DNA from: Octopus sinensis
Lineage: Eukaryota
Length of the DNA stretch: 64,000 nt
Reading direction: 5' to 3'
Assembly: GCF_006345805.1 (NCBI RefSeq)
Contig: NC_043013.1
Coordinates: 35,402,001-35,466,000, forward strand
Shown here one piece after another: positions 50,447 to 63,522 of this stretch. Positions within the stretch are counted from its first letter, which is position 1; each line of letters starts with the position of its first letter. Both the position numbers and the translations under genes were made by a program. The notes beneath the pieces are model-generated. The model had not been told where the DNA came from. It saw nothing but the letters and a program-made list of their open reading frames with translations, and ran no database searches.

Positions 50447-50760
50447 GAGATAGCTAGGTAGATAGATAGATAGGTAGGTAGGTAGGCAGGCAGGTAGGTA
50501 GGTAAGCAGGTAGGTATGTAGGTAGGTAGGTAGGTAGATAGATGGGTAGATGGATAGATAGACAAACAGACAGATGGATAGACAGGCAGACAGGTAGACA
50601 AGTAGATAGATAGACAGACAAATAAATAAATAGACAGACAGACAGATAGATAGATAAATAGATAGATAGATAGATAGATAGGTAAATAGATAGATTGATA
50701 TATAGATATATAGGTAGACAAATAGATAGGCAATAGACACATACATACATACATACATAC

Positions 50761-50791
<31 letters not shown>

Positions 50792-50801
50792 CATACATAC
50801 A

Positions 50802-50832
<31 letters not shown>

Positions 50833-50850
50833 GCACACCATACATACACA
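50250..50850 (+). repeat. Compound (TAGA)/(TAGG)/(CAGA)/(CATA)n microsatellite
   Basis: Direct reading. Confidence 0.95.
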
Positions 50851-51117
50851 CAGAAACAGTATATCCAAATGTCCAAATGCCTAGCTTCTCTGATGTGAAT
50901 CAGTTTCCAATACAGAAACATACACTTCACTTACCAAATATACATGTAGGCATTGGTAAATCAATATACTTACAGAAACACACACACACACACTGACCTC
51001 TGTTGTACCAAAACACAGTCTCATGACAATCTTCAGATAAAACACATTCTCATGTAAGTATACAGACATAATCAATCCACTCACATTTAATAGATGAATA
51101 ACAACATATATATATAT

Positions 51118-51535
51118 CTTTTACTCTTTTACTCTTTTACTTGTTTTAGTCATTTGACTGCGGCCATGCTGGAGCACTGCCTTTAGTCAAGCAACTCGAC
51201 CCCGGGACTTATTCTTTTTGTAAGCCCAGTACTTATTCTATCGGTCTCTTTTTGCCGAACCACTAAGTGACGGGGTCGTAAACACACCAGAATCGGTTGT
51301 CAAGCAATGCTAGGGGGACAAACACAGACACACACACATACATACACACACACAAATGTATACATATATACGACAGGCTTCTTTCAGTTTCCGTCTACCA
51401 AATCCACTCATAAGGCATTGGTCGGCCCGGGGCTATAGCAGAAGACACTTGCCCAAGATGCCACGCAGTGGGACTGAACCCACTACCATGTGGTTGGTTA
51501 GCAAGCTACTTACCACACAGCCACTCCTCCGCCTA
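51118..51535 (-). mobile_element. SINE family A, full length
   Basis: Family-A blocks in order. Confidence 0.92.
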
Positions 51536-52065
51536 TATATATATATAAAGCATATACATTCAAGATAAACTGATAAGCTCATACTTATCTACAGAGAAAC
51601 ACGCGCAAACAAAAATGCACTCCTGTTTAGAGACTTATACAGGCGTAGGTGACAGATCTAACGTATACAAAATCAGAGATTTGTGCAAGTATATAGGCTT
51701 AAACAGACTCAGTAATAAACAAACTGTTTATGACTAAGATATCCAGAGTAGACTAACTGTTTATAAATATATACAATCCTGGTGAAAAAAAAAACAAAAC
51801 AAAAAACAAACAACTTATGCATGTATAAAAGTGTTTGATAGAGAAATGCTTATAGTATGTATAATAATAGAATTTACACACTTGGAGACAAGTAACAACA
51901 CACAGATGTGCAAATATATATTCTCAAACTCAATCATACACCACTGCTTTTTGAAACAGAGAAGTCTTTATTGAACCGCTGTAATTCTGTTAAGTATTCA
52001 GAAAAAAAAAATGTAATTTTGCATGGGTAGTGTATGTGTGTGTGTGTGTGTCTGCATCTACATGC

Positions 52066-52098
<33 letters not shown>

Positions 52099-52105
52099 AT
52101 ATATA

Positions 52106-52137
<32 letters not shown>

Positions 52138-52316
52138 TATATATATATATATATATATATTTATAGAAAATTCAAAATTTTTGCCAGGAAAAATAGCTAT
52201 TTTTTTCACTTATGCTTTCTACGAGTAGTTAGAACATTACAGTCAAAAATTTAAATTATCTACATAACCATCAGCCAGACAACCAAATACTAGCTATTCA
52301 TCAATTATACTTATAC

Positions 52317-52351
<35 letters not shown>

Positions 52352-52353
52352 TA

Positions 52354-52399
<46 letters not shown>

Positions 52400-52809
52400 G
52401 TGTGTGTGTGTGTGTGTGTGTGTTTATTTATATATATACATATATATATGTATATATATACATATATATATATTCAAACTTCTGGTTTTTTGATACAGTT
52501 GTGGTTAGACATTTTACTCGCTAGATCAGCATTCAGCGAGGGTGAGTTGATTTGTCTTCTTTTGTTTTGCTTTGCTTTTTTTTTTGGTATTTTGTTTTTG
52601 TTTTGGCTTTTTTTATTTTTATATTTTTCGTGTGTGTTTTGTTTGTTTTCAGTGAAATGGAAGGATAAAATAATGTAATAAAAAGAAAATTATATGAATA
52701 TAACAATAACAGAAGTGCAACAACAACCACAACAACAGCACCAGTAGTAGTAGCAGCAGCAGTAGCAGCAACAGCAGCAGCGAGAACACAAAAACTTACT
52801 ATGACCATT

Positions 52810-52842
<33 letters not shown>

Positions 52843-52962
52843 CATACACATGCACACACATATATACATACACATGCACACACACACATACAAATATATA
52901 CTCAGGTATACACAAAGAAATTATTATCATTAGTGATTTTATTATTATTATCATCATCCTCA

Positions 52963-53021
<59 letters not shown>

Positions 53022-53559
53022 TTATTATTATTATTATTATTTTCATTGTCATTGTTGTTGTTGTTGTCAGTTTTAAATTACATGATAAACAGTTTGAACA
53101 TGAAATAATTGACACAAAAATCACTAAAATGAAATTTTCCAGAATAAGAATAATGGGATGGCGGTGGCAGGGGGGGGGAGAAAGAGTGGTGGTGGCGATG
53201 GCGGTGGCAGTAGTGATATGGCAGGTGTGGGAGTGGGGTGGGGTGAAGGGCACAGAGAATAAGATAGAAACAGAAAGAAAGAATGAAAGGAGGAGAGAAT
53301 AAGAAATAATAAAAAAAAACAAATGTGTATGATAAGTAAAAAAAAAAGTAAAAGCATAAAAACAAAAATATTTAAATAAAATATATATATATCTATATAG
53401 ATAAGTTAATAAAAGAAAATATGTAATATAGAATTTATATAAAAAAAAGAATAAACAAATTTGTTAATAAATATCAAGTATGTTTGAGAGTTTCTTTCAT
53501 GTAAAATATACCTAAACACTACCTGATAAAATTTCCACAGGATTACTGTACAGAATAGC

Positions 53560-55300
53560 ACAAACAGTGTGAGCTCTGTGCTGTGTGTGTGTGTGTGTGT
53601 GTGGTGTGTGAGTGTGTTGGTGTATGTATATGTGTGTGAGTGTGTTGGTGTATGTATATGTGTGTGTGCAGGTGTATTTATATATGTGTGTGTGTGTGGA
53701 TGTGCATATACTTTTATGTGTGCATGCATGTATTTGCATGAATCTGTGTGTGTGTGAGAGAGAGAGACAGACAGACAGTGTGTGTATGAGTGCATGCATG
53801 TGTATCTGTGTCTGAATGCATGTGTATGCATATGTGTGTGCTGGTGTATATATGTATATGTGTATGTATGCAGGAGTACGTATGTGTGTGTGTGTGTGTG
53901 TGTGCAGGTGTATTTATATGTGTGTGTGTGTGGATGTGCATATACTTGTATGTGGTGTGCACGCATGTATTTGCATGAATCTGTGTGTGTGAGAGAGAGA
54001 GACAGACAGACAGTGTGTGTATGTGTGCATGCATGTGTATCTGTGTCTGAATGCAGGTGTATGCATATTGTGTGTGCTGGTGTATGTATATGTGTGTGAA
54101 AGTGTATATATGTATATGTGTGTGTGCAGGTGTATGTATAGGTGTGTCTGTGCAGGTGTATTTATATGTGTGTGTGCATGCATGTGTATCTCTGTGTGTG
54201 CAGGTGTATGCATATGTATGTGCTGGTGTATGTATATGTGTGTGAAGGTGTATATATGTATATGCATGTGTGTGCAGGTGTATGTATAGGTGTGTGTGTG
54301 CAGGTGTATTTACATGTGTGTGTGTGTGTGGATGTACATATATTTATATGTATGTGTGTGTGCATGTATTTGCATGAATCTGTGTGTATGTGTGAGAGAG
54401 AGAGACAGACAGTGTGTGTATGTGTACATGCATGTGTATCTGTATATGTGTGCAGGTGTATGCATATGTGTGTGTATGCAGGAGTATTTATATGTGTGCG
54501 TGTGGATGTACATATTTTTGTATGTGTGTGCATGTATTTGCATGAATTTGTGTGTGCATGTGAGAGAGAGGGTGAGAAAGTGTGTGTATGTGTATGTGTG
54601 CATGCATATGTATATGCATGTGCAGGTGCATGTATGTGTGTGTGCAGGTGTATGTATATGTGTTTGCAGGTGCATGTATGTGTGTGCAGGTGTATGTATA
54701 TGTGTGTGTGCAGGTATATGTATATGTGTGTGCGGGTGTACATATATAAATGTACAGGTGTGTGTATGTGTGTGTGTGCAGGTGTATGTATATTTATGTG
54801 CAGGTGTATGGATATGTGTGTGCAGGTGTATGTATATATGTGTGCAGGTGTATGTATATGTGTGTGTAGGTGTATGCATAAGTGTGTGTGTGTGGATGTG
54901 GATGTTTTTGCATGTGTGTGTGAGAGCATGTGCATGTGTGCATACATATGTATGTGTGTATGTGCATGTGTACGTATATGTGTGTGTGTTTGGATGTATA
55001 TGTATTTGCATGTGTGTATTTGCATGAATATATGTGTATGTGTGTGTGAGAGAGAGTGAGTGTGTGTGCATGCAGATATATATGTGTGTGCAGGTGTATG
55101 TATATGTTTGTGCAGGTGTATGCAAGTGTGTGCATGCAGTTGTATGCATAAGTGTGTGTGCTTGTATATGTATATGTGTGTGTGCATTTTTATATGTATA
55201 TGTGTGTGTGGATATGTATGTATTTGTATGTGTATGTGTTTGTGTGTATTTGCCTAATTCTGTGTATATGTATGTGTGTGTGTGTGTGTGTTTATTTGTA
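53560..55300 (+). repeat. TG-microsatellite-derived complex tandem array
   Basis: Recurrent anchors tatttgcatgaat at 53731, 53968, 54367, 54535 and 55017, and many gcaggtgtat subunits. Confidence 0.85.
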
Positions 55301-55685
55301 CTTACTTGAGTTCATATATCCATGCTTGCACGTGAGTGTGTGCAATTCTCCTAAAATCACACACACACTCACACACATGTGCACACACACACACCATCAA
55401 CCAACATCACAACAACTTCTAAAAACCTAAAATTTGATGCATACTGTCAAATAAAGAAAAAGAATGGGAATGTGGTGGGGGTTTTGTATTTTTAATGACT
55501 GTTTTTGGGTTGTTTGATTATTTCTTTTATTCATTTTGGCTCCAGTTGAGATTATTATTTATGACTGTTGATATTGTTATAATTTTCTTCCTTTAATTTT
55601 TTTTTAAAGATTGTTTTATTTTGTTGTTTTTTTTTATAGTTAGCAAAAGTACACATCATCTCTCTTTCCTTATTCGCTATGTGTG

Positions 55686-56068
55686 TGGAAGCGCAATGGC
55701 CCCAGTGGTTAGAGCAGCAGACTCGTGGTCGTAGGATCGTGGTTCCGAATCTCAGACCAGACGTTGTGAGTGTTTATTGCGCGAAAACACCTAAAGGTCC
55801 ACGAGGCTCCAGCAGGGGGTGGTGACAAGCCCTACTGTACTCATTCACCACAGCTTTCTCTCACTCTTTCTTCCTATTTCTCTTGTACCCGTATTTCAAA
55901 GGGCCAGCCTTGTCACACTGTGTTACGTTGAATCTCCCCAAGAACTACATTAAGGGTACACATGTCTGTGGAGTGCTCAGCCACTTGCACGTTAATTTCA
56001 CAAGCCAGCTGTTCCGTTGATCAGTTCAACTGGAACCCTCGTCGTCTTAACCGACGGAGTGCCACAAC
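55686..56068 (+). mobile_element. SINE family C, full length
   Basis: Homologous to 11924-12305. Confidence 0.88.
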
Positions 56069-56528
56069 GATTTGATATGGATGCACCTATGTGGTATGTA
56101 AGCAACTGCATACATTCCTCATGTTGTCAACTTCATTATGCATTTTTTTCTTCGTTATCGTTGTCATAGTAGCAAGTTAATTTTCCCTTCCTACTTTTTT
56201 TTTTTCTTTTGCTTTTCTTCACTTTCTTTCATTCTGTTACATTAAAGATTCTCACTTTCTTTACTTTACCATTTGTTTTTATTTCTTTAACCTCTCGTTC
56301 AACCCCCACGTCACCCACACCGTGCACCGTTTTTATGTTCATATATATTTACAATAAAACTTGCAACAATGTCGGTGACATTAAAACATTTCCTTTGCAA
56401 ATATTTTATGTATTTTTTTTAAAGGGGGACGATGTTTTACAAATATTATTTTTTTTTCTCTTCAAGTACAAATATGCTTTGAGATATGTATCTATTCACA
56501 TGACTGCATGTATGTCATAAGTTATGTT

Positions 56529-56564
<36 letters not shown>

Positions 56565-56763
56565 GTGTGTGTGTGTATGTGTGTTTGCCCTTCACCTGTG
56601 TAATGTGTGTTTTTACATTTGTGTGTGTTGTGTGTGTGTATGTGCCTGTGTGAACTTTGTACAAGCACAGTATTCACATATAAATATATACAATATTTGG
56701 GTACTTATGTAAACACACTCACAAAATACACACATGAAGACACCTATAAACAAATTATTATTC

Positions 56764-56844
<81 letters not shown>

Positions 56845-56845
56845 C

Positions 56846-56914
<69 letters not shown>

Positions 56915-57094
56915 CATACACACACACACACATGCAAATACATATGCAAACTTACTGATCAAGCGAGAGAGAGAGATAAATATAGATATCATACATATAT
57001 ATGCCTGTGTGTGTGTGTGTGTGGAGAGAGAGAGACAGAGAGAGAGAAAGAGAGCTGTATATATGTGTATGGAAATGTTATATATATATTCTTC

Positions 57095-57465
57095 GATTCT
57101 TTTATTCTTATATGTTTTTTCAGTCATTTGATTGTGGCCATGCTGGAGCACCACCTTTACTAGAACAGATCAACCTCAGGACTTATTCTTTGTAATCCTA
57201 GGACTTATTCTATTTGCTGAACCGCTAAGTCACATGGACGTAAGCATACCAGCATCAGCTGTCAAGTGATGGTGTGGCGACAAACACACATACATACACA
57301 CATACACATATATGATAGGCTTCTTTCAGTTTCCATCTACCAAATCCACTTACCAGGCTTTGGTCAGCCCGAGGCTATAGTAGAAGACATTTGCCCAGGG
57401 TACCACACAGGGGGATGGAACCCAGAACCATGTGTTTGGTAAGCTACTTACAACACAGCAGCTCC
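57095..57465 (-). mobile_element. SINE family A
   Basis: Family-A blocks in order. Confidence 0.85.
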
Positions 57466-57519
57466 TGTACACACACACATATATATGCACAATATATATA
57501 TACACTCATATATATGCAC

Positions 57520-57587
<68 letters not shown>

Positions 57588-57934
57588 TATATATATAATA
57601 TATATATATAGATATATATATATATATATATACACATATATAATCTTTACCTATGTATATTCATGTATATATGAATATATGTTTACAATATATTTATATG
57701 TGAGCATGTGTAAATATATATATCCACATACACATATACACACACACATATATATATACATATATACATATAAATATACACATATATAAGTGTATAGGTA
57801 TATAGATAGAAACATATCTAGATATCTAGATATAGCATATAAATGTATACATATATATATGCATCTTTTTATAAATATATATATTTACATAGACACAAAT
57901 ACACAAATACTCTCATAAACATACATACACACAG

Positions 57935-58640
57935 TGGCTGTGTGATAAGTAGCTTGCTTCCCAGTCACATGGTTCCGAGTTCAGTCCCACTGTGGCACCT
58001 TGGGCAAGTGTTTTCTACTATAGCGTCAGGCTGACCAAAGCCTTGTGAGTGGATTTGGTAAACCGAAACTGAAAGAAGCCCATTGTACATATGTATATAT
58101 ATATATATTTCTTTACTACCCACAAGGGGCTAAACACAGAGGGGACAAACAAGGACAGACAAAGGGATTAAGTCGATTACATCGACCCCAGTGCGTAACT
58201 GGTACTTAATTTATCGACCCCGAAAGGATGAAACGCAAAGTCGACCTCGGCGGAATTTGAACCCGGAACGTAACGACAGGCGAAATACGGCTATGCATTT
58301 CGCCCGGCATGCTAACGTTTCTGCCAGTTCACCGCCTTGTATATATATTGTATATATATGTATATATATGTATATATACTTATATATATATATGTGTGTG
58401 TGTGTGTGTCTGCATGTGCGTGTGTGTGTGTCTGCATGTGTGTGTGTCTGTGTTTGTCCCCCCACCAGTGCTTGAGAACCGATGCTGGTGTGTTTACATG
58501 CCTGTAACTTTGCAGTTTGGCAAAGGGGACCAATAGAATAAGTACTAGGCTTACAAAGAATAAGTCGTGGGGTTGATTTGTTCGACTAAGAGTGGTGCTC
58601 CAGCATGGCTACAGCCAAGTGACTGAAACAAAGAAACAAA
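57935..58640 (+). mobile_element. SINE family A with a family-B SINE (58112-58337, minus) nested in its central microsatellite
   Basis: A 5' half at 57935-58085, B in the opposite orientation, A 3' half at 58440-58640. Confidence 0.88.
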
Positions 58641-59074
58641 TAAGAGAAAAATAAAATAAGAACGTTGCACAGAATTTAAAGTGCAATTTGCTCTGATGTT
58701 AATGAGATTTTCTTTTCATTTTTCAAAGATTGCTTTGTTTTGCTTTATCTATCTATCTATCAGCTCTGTAATTAAATTTATAGGTATTGAGATAGAGAAG
58801 CTTTAGTGTAGGAATAGTTGTAGTAGTGGTGGGTGGTATAAGTAGTGGTGATGGTAGTGATAGTGGTTTGTGGTGCTGGGTCATGTGAGTTTGATGATAG
58901 TAAAAAGCACAAATGATAAAAAAGGAAAACAAAAGTAAGAATATAAAAATAAAACAAAAGGTGTAAACGTGTGCCCGTGCGTATCAAATACAATAGGGTA
59001 TTAAGCAACATGAGTATTGGGTGGTTGTATGGCTGATTCCATGCAACACATGCAGACCTACAAAAACTTTAAAA

Positions 59075-59356
59075 TAATATAAATGCGCCCTTTTAAAGCC
59101 TAGCCAGGCTCATGTGCCCGGTTTCCCGGTTTCTATGGTGTATGTGCTCTCCAGCTGGACGGGACGCCAGTCCATCGCAGTGTTACTCACTTTTGTCAGC
59201 TGAGTGGACTGGAGCAACGTGAAATGAAGTGTTTTGCTCAAGAACACAACGCGTCGCCCGGTCCAGGAATCGAAACCACAATCATGATGATGATGCTGTC
59301 ATGATCAGGAGCATGATCATAATGCTGTCACCCAAACCACTAAGCCACGCGTCACC
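59075..59356 (-). mobile_element. tRNA-derived SINE family G
   Basis: Minus strand: gtggcttagtgg (A box), ggtttcgattcc (B box), gttgtgttcttgagcaaaacactt, and gcgatggactggcgtcccgtccag. Confidence 0.75.
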
Positions 59357-59564
59357 ACCTACAAAGACTTACCATTAGAATACTACAGAACTGGGTTTTT
59401 ATACCATTTGAACAACAATGATTGTGTATGTGAGTGTGTATATATGTATGTGTGTATGTATTGCATGTGTGCAAGTGTGCGAGTGTATATGTGTGTGTGT
59501 ATGTGTATGAGGGAGAAAGAAGAGAGTGAGAAGAAGAGAATGTATGTAGGTAGAGCTTTAGGTA

Positions 59565-60020
59565 TTCTTTTATTCTTTTACTTGTTTCAGTTATTTGACT
59601 GTGGCCATGCTGGAGCACCACCTCTAGTCATGCAAATCGACCCCAGGACTTATTCTTTGTAAGCCTAGTACTTATTCTATCGGTCTCTTTTGCTGGACCG
59701 TTAAGTAAAGGGAAGGTGAACACACCAACATCATTTGTCAAGCAATGGTGGTGGGGACAAACATGCACACACACACACAAACACATATATACAACAGGCT
59801 TCTTTCAGTTTTCCATCTACCAAATCCACTCACAAGGCTTTGGTCGACCCTAGGTTGTAGTAGAAGACACTTGCCTAAAGTGCCATGCCGTGGGACTGAA
59901 CCCAGAACCATGTGGTTTAGAAGCAATCTTCTTACCACACAACCACTCCTCTTTTATTCTTTTCTTCCTCTGACTTGTTCCTGTCGTTTGACTGTGGCCA
60001 TGCTGGAGCACCACCTTAAA
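59565..60020 (-). mobile_element. SINE family A plus a second adjacent tail
   Basis: Family-A blocks; the tail is repeated at 59950-60020. Confidence 0.85.
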
Positions 60021-60024
60021 AGGT

Positions 60025-60415
60025 TTGAATGATTTTTATGAAAATAACAAAATACGCAGATATGAAATTTGCTCACCACTTCTTCTCCTTAACCAGATTG
60101 CTCCATGTCTTGACCGTATTGTAGCTTGCAATGAAAAGTGGATTCTGTACAATAATAAGAAGCATTCTTCACAGTGGTTGGATCAAAATGAAGTGCTGAA
60201 AGCCTTCCCTAAACCCAAATTCTTCAAAAAATGGTTATAGTGATTGTTTGATGTTGCACTGCTGGACTCATTTACTATATCTTCTTAAAACTTAGAAAAC
60301 CATTACTGCAGAAACATATCGCCATGAAATTGCCGAATTGAACAAAAAACTGTTACTCCTCCATCCCGGACTGATCAACAGAAAAGGGCCAATCATTCTT
60401 CATGACAATGCTCGG
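60025..60415 (+). pseudogene. Mariner DD34D-type transposase catalytic fragment
   Basis: LDRIVACNEKWILYNN (first Asp changed to Asn) ... NRKGPIILHDNAR, with stops and frameshifts. Confidence 0.88.
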
Positions 60416-60665
60416 CGCTTGTGCAGGTGGCGTGTGAAAAAACATTCGAGCGAGGTCGTTGCCAGTGCTGCTGGACTGGTTCCTGTGCAGGTGGCATGTA
60501 AAAAACACCATTTGAGCATGGCTGTTGCCAGTACCACCTGACTGGCCCTCTTGCCGGTGGCACATAAAAGCACCCACTACACTCTGGGAGTGGTTGGCGT
60601 TAGGAAGGGCATCCAGCTGTAGAATCTCTTCCAGATCAAGGTTGGAGCCTGGTGCAGCCATCTGC
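60415..60665 (+). mobile_element. Family D: RTE 3'UTR remnant truncating the mariner fragment
   Basis: gtggcacataaaagcacccactacactc...taggaagggcatccagctg. Confidence 0.8.
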
Positions 60666-63209
60666 ATTTTATATATATATAATACGATAATAACTATATA
60701 ATGAAATATATATATATTATGTGATAATAACTATATAATGCGATAATAACTATAATAATCTATCATAATAACAATATTTATAATATTATTATATTTATAT
60801 TCTCCAATTTAAAGTGGCATTTATATAGAAACAAATTGACTAAATAATGATGAGCTAACCCTAGCTTACAAAGCCTTCCGGTTTGTTTATAAATATTATA
60901 TATATACATGTGGTGGCACATGGCCTAGTTGTTAGGGTATTGGACACATGACCATGATATTGTAGTTGTATGAAAGCCTGGTGTGTATAATAGGGTTTTT
61001 ACACAACCAGAGTTTATGTAATAAAACATGTACCATAATTGCAGTGTGTATAAGAAACAGGAAACATAGTAGAGAAAAGTCTACAGTATAAATGGAGATG
61101 GAGCCTATGAGGGGCATGTAGATAGGAATATGGGTAGTGTAAAAGTAAGAAACCAGAGGTAAAGCAATAAAAATGCACAGAAGCATTTAAGAATGGAAAG
61201 ATAGTATGATGATGATGGAGGGCAATATGGTGAACTTGTATTTAAAGGTGCTGTGTGTAGGAACTGAACAAAATGCACTTTTGCAAAGTGAACTTCTTGG
61301 CTATGCAGCTTTGCCTGTTCCAATCTCTCCTTCTCTCCTTCTCTCCTGCTTTCTTTCTCCTCAACATTTCTCACTCTTTCTCTCATCTTTTATATACATA
61401 TGTATGTATGTATGTATGTATATATGTATGTATGTATGTATGTGTGTGTGTATATACATATGAAATATGTATATATGCATAAAGCATATATGTATATATA
61501 TATACATACATATATATATATATATATATAATATATATATATATATTATATTCTTCTATTCTTTTATATGCTTCAACCTTGAGGCTATGGGCATACTGGA
61601 GCACCATAAGTGCTATATATATATATATATATATATATATCATATACATATCATAACATGTATGATTGTGTAAATATACATGTGTATATAGATGTGTATT
61701 TGTATGAATATCTATGAATATATATCATCGTCATCATCATCACCATCACCATTATCATCCTTTAACGGATGTTAAATGATGATGATAATGATGATGATGA
61801 TGGTTATTATGTTATACACCTAGACGTATCTATATCTATTCATGTATTTATATACATATATATGTGTGTATATGTGCATATATATATATACTCACATATG
61901 TGTATGTATATGTATATATATGCATACATACATATATATATTCATATACATATATATATATATCACATGTATATACACACATTCTCTTTATCCCACACCC
62001 CCACTCACTCACACATACCTATAATGAAAACCAAACCAACTGTAGTTTCTTTTGTTGCTCATTATAAGGTTGCTGTATGTTCATGCAGTTATTGTTATCA
62101 ACATTTGATGGTGGAGGGGTTTAGTTGTTGTTCTTTCTTTCTTTCTTCTTTTTTTTTATACTTATTTTTGGTTCTTTATAAAAAGTTATTTATGGTCATT
62201 CATTGTTTCTGAAAGGTCCACTGGTCAAATATTCTCACATATGCAACGCAACGTATGCGCCATGCAGCACACAGATGCAAAAAACATAATATCAGAGTTT
62301 CTGAAATGACATAAGAACAATAGGCGAACACTTAATGAGAAACTTGGCCCCAAAATAAGCAATATGACAAATAGCATTGTTGCATTTTCTTATTAACAAA
62401 AAAAAAAAGACCAAAAACAAAAATATAAAACCCAAACAACAGCCATGAATGAACAACAAATGAAATAACTGCTGAACAAGCTTTCTGGCCATTGTTGTTT
62501 GAGGTGAGTGAGGAGGGATTATTTTTATCATAGACTGTAACTTGTAACTTATTATTACATAGTCGTTCCACTATTTTGGTTATGACATCCTATATACGCG
62601 TGTATAAGCAAAATATGTTTGGATAAATATTTTTGTGTTTTAGCATATTGGCTCTATGTGTGCATGTAATATAATTCCCTTATTATACATCTCCCTTAAC
62701 AATATAGATATATTTATTTTGTGGGATGGTTTGCTTTGCTATTTCCTCTTTTTCAATTGCCATACCAAAAGTGGTATTATTTTGTTGGGCATTATGCCTA
62801 TGAGACAAAAAAAAAAAATCCCTGGTTTTGTTCCAATAGAATACTTAGTAATATTTTTGTTTTTCTATTTAGACAGCAATGCATGGTTTTCTCAAGATTT
62901 CCTGAAACAGCATAAAAATAGCATAGCATCAGCTTTGAAGATTTATTCCATAAAAGATGAAACCATTTATTATATTTAATTGTTTTAAATACAATCTAGA
63001 TCTCAGATTTTGGGGATTTTTTTTTTTTTGTTTATGTGACAAAAAATAATGTATTTGTTGGTGGGCTTACATGATACTCACCGCCATTTCACTAACTGTA
63101 TTAAATAGAAGTTCTTAACATACTTACATATTTAAATCTAACTAAAATCTGACAAAAATGCTTAACAGAGCTAAAGGAGAAGAGAACCTGTCTGTTAGAA
63201 TAAGTTATG

Positions 63210-63365
63210 GTAATGGCTGCGTGGTAAGTAGCTTGCTTACCAACCACATGGTTCTGGGTTCAGCCCCACTGCATGGCACCTTGGGCAAGTGTCTTCTACT
63301 ATAGCCTCAGGCTGACTAAAGCTTTGTGAGTGGATTTGCTTGACAGAAACTGAAAGAAGCCCATC
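63210..63365 (+). mobile_element. SINE family A 5' half
   Basis: ggctgcgtggtaagtagc ... gaaactgaaagaagccc. Confidence 0.85.
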
Positions 63366-63443
63366 ATATATATATATATATATATATATGTGAATTGAAG
63401 AAATGGAGCTGAACGCAGATTGAACAGAAATCGTTTTATTTCA

Positions 63444-63522
63444 TTCTACACGTGTTTCGAAAGGCACAATTACCAAAATCCGATTGAATAATGGGACCAT
63501 ATTGTGTCTTTCTCTTCAGGAA
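63444..63522 (-). ncRNA. Canonical type I hammerhead ribozyme motif (HH-6)
   Basis: ttc CTGAAGA gaaagacacaat n30 attgtgcctttc GAAA CACGTG TA gaa. Stem II pairs 11 of 12, the palindrome is ACACGTGT, the triplet is GUA, and AATAAA is at 63440-63435. Confidence 0.78.

Noticed and set aside
52499-52541. 43-nt plus-strand exon candidate (AG...[20 protein letters not shown])
   Set aside because: Too short to assess, with no neighbouring exons to link, and on the opposite strand to other candidates.
29541-53546. Shared cacaggattac before two long TG tracts (29541 and 53536)
   Set aside because: Only 11 bp match with unrelated flanks, which is not enough to claim homology or function.
53406-55430. 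Long ORFs up to 341 aa rich in His/Thr or Cys/Val (also 16767-17149, 29526-30138 and 50200-50930)
   Set aside because: They are translations of TG/CA/TA-type microsatellites, open in many frames on both strands, with no domain content.
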